Source of the DNA: Alphaproteobacteria bacterium
GTDB lineage: Bacteria; Pseudomonadota; Alphaproteobacteria; SHVV01
Assembly (NCBI GenBank): GCA_965261735.1
Contig: OZ253470.1
Span: forward strand, 1,632,001-1,696,000
Length of the DNA stretch: 64,000 bases
Reading direction: 5' to 3'
The translations under genes and the position numbers were made by a program. Below are positions 61,155 through 64,000 of this stretch, in pieces (position 1 is the first letter of the stretch; every line of letters starts with the position of its first letter). The notes below the pieces were generated by a model that was not told the DNA's origin, searched no databases, and worked only from the letters and a program-made list of their open reading frames with translations.

Positions 61155-61505
61155 ATGACCGACGCACCAAGCCCGACCGAGGTCGTCGAGGCGTATGTCG
61201 AGGCAGTGCGCGCAAGCGACCTCAACGGTCTGCGTGCGGTGTTCGCCGATGACGCCGAAACGTTCGGCTTGAGCGGCCACACAAAAGGTGCCGATGCCAT
61301 CGTCGCGTTTTACGGCAAGCTGCTCGAAGAGCGCGGCGGTGCCGATCCCCATCCCGGCCCCCTGATGGTGGTCGGCAATCAAGTCGCCGTCGAAATCGAC
61401 GCGCATCACCGCGACTATATCGAGGAGGTCTCCGACTTTTTCACGATCAAGAACGGCAAGATCACCCGCCTCGCCGTTTACTGCGGCCGCAAACGCCCGA
61501 AATAG
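61155..61505 (+). CDS. NTF2/SnoaL-like protein, copy 2
   Basis: Paralogue of 60598-60966 with a 6-aa deletion. Confidence 0.85.
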   Translation: MTDAPSPTEVVEAYVEAVRASDLNGLRAVFADDAETFGLSGHTKGADAIVAFYGKLLEERGGADPHPGPLMVVGNQVAVEIDAHHRDYIEEVSDFFTIKNGKITRLAVYCGRKRPK

Positions 61506-61574
61506 GCGCGGCATCGTCCGGCCGGCCGGCCGACGCCCGCCGGTGCGGCCCCACAAGGGCGGCTTGCCGATGCC

Positions 61575-62413
61575 CTATGAGAACTTGCGTGGCCCTGGAT
61601 CGCGCAGGATCAGCATCGCCGCGCATACGATCGCCGCGCCATATTTGTTGTACTCGTCGTAGTCGATGGGCGTGACCTCGACACCGGCCTTGCGCACCTC
61701 GGCAATCGTCTTCTCGGCGCGCGCATGCATCATGACGTGGCCCGGTTCGAGCGTGACGGCGGCAGCGGCCGAATGCTTGATCTGTTCTTCGAGGTCGGCC
61801 TCGACGATCTTGTAGCCCATCTTGCGCAACCAAACGTGGGTGTCGATGTCGATGCCGGGCGTGTGGACCAGGACCTTATCGCTGTCCAGCGCGCTAATGA
61901 CCATCGCCCCATGGGTGTTGGCACCGGTGTGCTTGTCGAAGTAGCGCCAGCCTGGTGTGCGGATCGGCTGAATGTGCAGTGTTTCGCCACAGACGCGCTT
62001 GAGCACGGGCGCAACTTGAGCGAGCCCCTCCCAGTTCGCGTCAACGCCGATCCCCCGGGCGAACACGTCGTCGGCGAGCCATTGGCTCGCCACCCAGACG
62101 CCCTTTCCGGTCACCGTGAGGAGCGGCGGGATGCCGAGATTCCAAAACGCCCAGCGTGCGAGGTATTCGGCGCGCCCGAGGCCGGCGGTGGGCGCCAGCG
62201 CGTAGCCTTTCTTGGGAATAATCGAGCCGCCCGGCACGATCATCAGCTCCGATCCCGAGTGCATGTTCATCATCCGGCCGAACGCCGCCATCGGCTTCTC
62301 GGGATATTCGATCCAGTAGACCTTGACATCGTTCTCTTCGAATTTCTCGGCGGACGCATAAGCCTCGTCCTTGAGCTTCCCGACGTCAACATTGTCCGAG
62401 AGCAGGAAGAAGC
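61575..62413 (-). pseudogene. Amidinotransferase / arginine deiminase superfamily, 5'-truncated
   Basis: AVTLEPGHV, RKAGVEV.PIDYDE..KYGAAIVC with a C-terminal catalytic Cys. The frame runs into the IS end at 62414. Confidence 0.7.
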
Positions 62414-62466
62414 CTTGCCTATCCCGTTAACGCCCATGACCGCTACATGTAGGGTGCCACCACTCT
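62414..62466 (-). mobile_element. IS1595 right-end remnant
   Basis: CTTGCCTATCCCGTTAACGCCCATGACCGCTACATGTAGGGTGCC matches 41532 onward. Confidence 0.88.
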
Positions 62467-63082
62467 GTGCGCGGCGTGAAGCTGGTGATCTCCGACGACC
62501 ACAAGGGCCTGAAGGCCGCCGCGACCCGGATCCTCGGCGCCACATAGCAGCGCTGCCGCGTGCACTTCGCCCGCAACCTGCTGGCCCATGCCGGCCGCCA
62601 GGGCCGGCGCGTCGTCTCCGCCTTCGTCGCCACCGCCTTCGCCCAGGAGGACGCCGACAGCGCGAAGGTCCAGTGGCGCCAGGTCGCCGACCAGCTCAGG
62701 CCCAAGGTGCCCAAGCTGGCAGTTCTCATGGACGAAGCCGAGCACGACGTCCTCGCCTACATGAGCTTCCCCAGGGAGCACCGCCAGAAATTGCACTCCA
62801 CAAACCCGATCGAACGGCTCCATGCCGAGGTCAAGCGTCGCACCAACGTCGTCGGTATCTTTCCCAACGAAGCCGCCATCACACGGCTCGTCGGCGCCAT
62901 CCTTCTCGAGCAGAACGACGAGTGGGCCGTCTCAAGGAGATACATGACGCTGGAATCCATCGCTCCGCTGAGCGATGGTGTCCCCATCACGCTGCCCACC
63001 GTGGCAGCCTGAACGTCCCGGCCCTACCCGCCGGGAGCCGCGTAGAGCGCAACGCTCTTACACCACTCCGCGGGACACGATC
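62467..63082 (+). mobile_element. IS256 3' fragment with right IR
   Basis: Matches 39179-39780 in reverse; TGG>TAG change at ~62545. Confidence 0.9.
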
Positions 63083-63183
63083 CCATCTCGGACGATTTCC
63101 ACGATTCGAGCAGGAAGTGATCGCCGTTTCGAACAACAAGGTTGCGAAAGGTTCGGGGAGGTCCGAAGGCGGGATGAACGAAC

Positions 63184-64000
63184 CTTGCCTATCCGGTTAA
63201 CGCCCATGACCGCTACATGTAGGGTGCCGCCACTCTCCCGAGTAAAGCTCGGCATAGGTTGGAGCAGAGGTGTCGCCCGCGATGCCGAGCAATGAGCGGA
63301 AGGCGTTGAACGGGTAGAACCGCCTGTTGAAGCGGAAGGTGAACTCGTTGAGGTAGGCTTGTAGGTGCTGGTGGCTAACGCCGTGGTGGATATCGATCAG
63401 CCACGTCTTCAGGTTGGCGAAAACCAGATGGATGATCGGCAGGTATTGCTCGGCAACCTCTGGATCACCACACTCGGCAACAGCGAAGTGCTCATAGCCG
63501 CGCTTACCGAGGCCAGCATAGCCGCTCCAATCGTCAGTAACGATCAGCGATCGCGGCGCGACGGTGCTCTCGACGAACCCACAGAGCGACTCGGCGCTAC
63601 GGTCGAGCACGACGGCGAGCCGAACGCGTCCGGCATAGCGTCCGTCTTTCCGGTTGTCGAGCTTGGTGCCCGGCTTTCGATGACGCACCTCGATGGCACA
63701 GGAGACGGGAACCTTGTGGTGAACACCACGGCCTTCCCCACGCGTTCGCCCGCCAACCCAGGTTTCGTCCACCTCAACATGGTTCTTGGGCTGTCCACCG
63801 ATCCTGTCTTGGTTGGGCCGCACCATGCCCGAGCGGAGCTTGTGGAGAATTTGAAAGGCCGTCTCGTAGCGCGAAAGACCAAGTTGCCGCTGAAACTGCA
63901 CGGCGGACATGCCGGGCGTCTGACTGGCGACCAGATAAGCGGCCCAGAACCAGACGTTCAGCGGAGTGTGGCTACGCTCCATCACTGTTCCCACCGTCAG
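63184..64000 (-). mobile_element. IS1595-family copy D (continues beyond window); transposase 63197-end
   Basis: Right IR at 63184; sequence near-identical to the other copies. Confidence 0.93.

Larger units (their letters stand above)
60425..61505 (+). repeat. Diverged tandem duplication (~540 bp)
   Basis: 60425-60966 versus ~60980-61505; each unit is the usp 3' end, the intergenic spacer and an NTF2 gene. Confidence 0.88.

Overview
GC-rich alphaproteobacterial chromosome segment, Rhodospirillales-like from the DUF1476/zeta, 17-kDa antigen, coq7-dsbB-yqaA and type B rpmJ genes. The cadherin adhesin and heavy IS load suggest a host-associated, possibly sponge, symbiont (inference). Bases ~1-33,000 are an IS-shattered accessory/defence island. 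It holds a cadherin/PPC adhesin, a PHP-ATPase (TrlF/Ppl-like) pseudogene, an AbiE TA, a plasmid-type ParB, umuC with an unusual arm-less and catalytically dead umuD, a displaced F1Fo zeta inhibitor, an ApeA-like HEPN gene, a tRNA-fMet att site with a tyrosine integrase, an RHH/PIN TA, tandem YhaN-like and RloC-like SMC ATPases and an mcrC remnant. Bases ~33,400-64,000 are mostly core genes (carboxylesterase, HNH, coq7, dsbB, yqaA, tRNA-Leu, Rieske oxygenase, pyk, glcDEF, rpmJ, usp) interrupted by IS1595, IS256 and IS630 copies and small TA modules. Seven IS families are present (IS1595, IS3, IS5, IS6, IS256, IS630, IS1380 remnant). Many frameshifts are single-base indels in short homopolymers, so some apparent pseudogenes may be long-read errors. 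No CRISPR array or rRNA was seen. All family calls are from motif recognition only; no database was searched.
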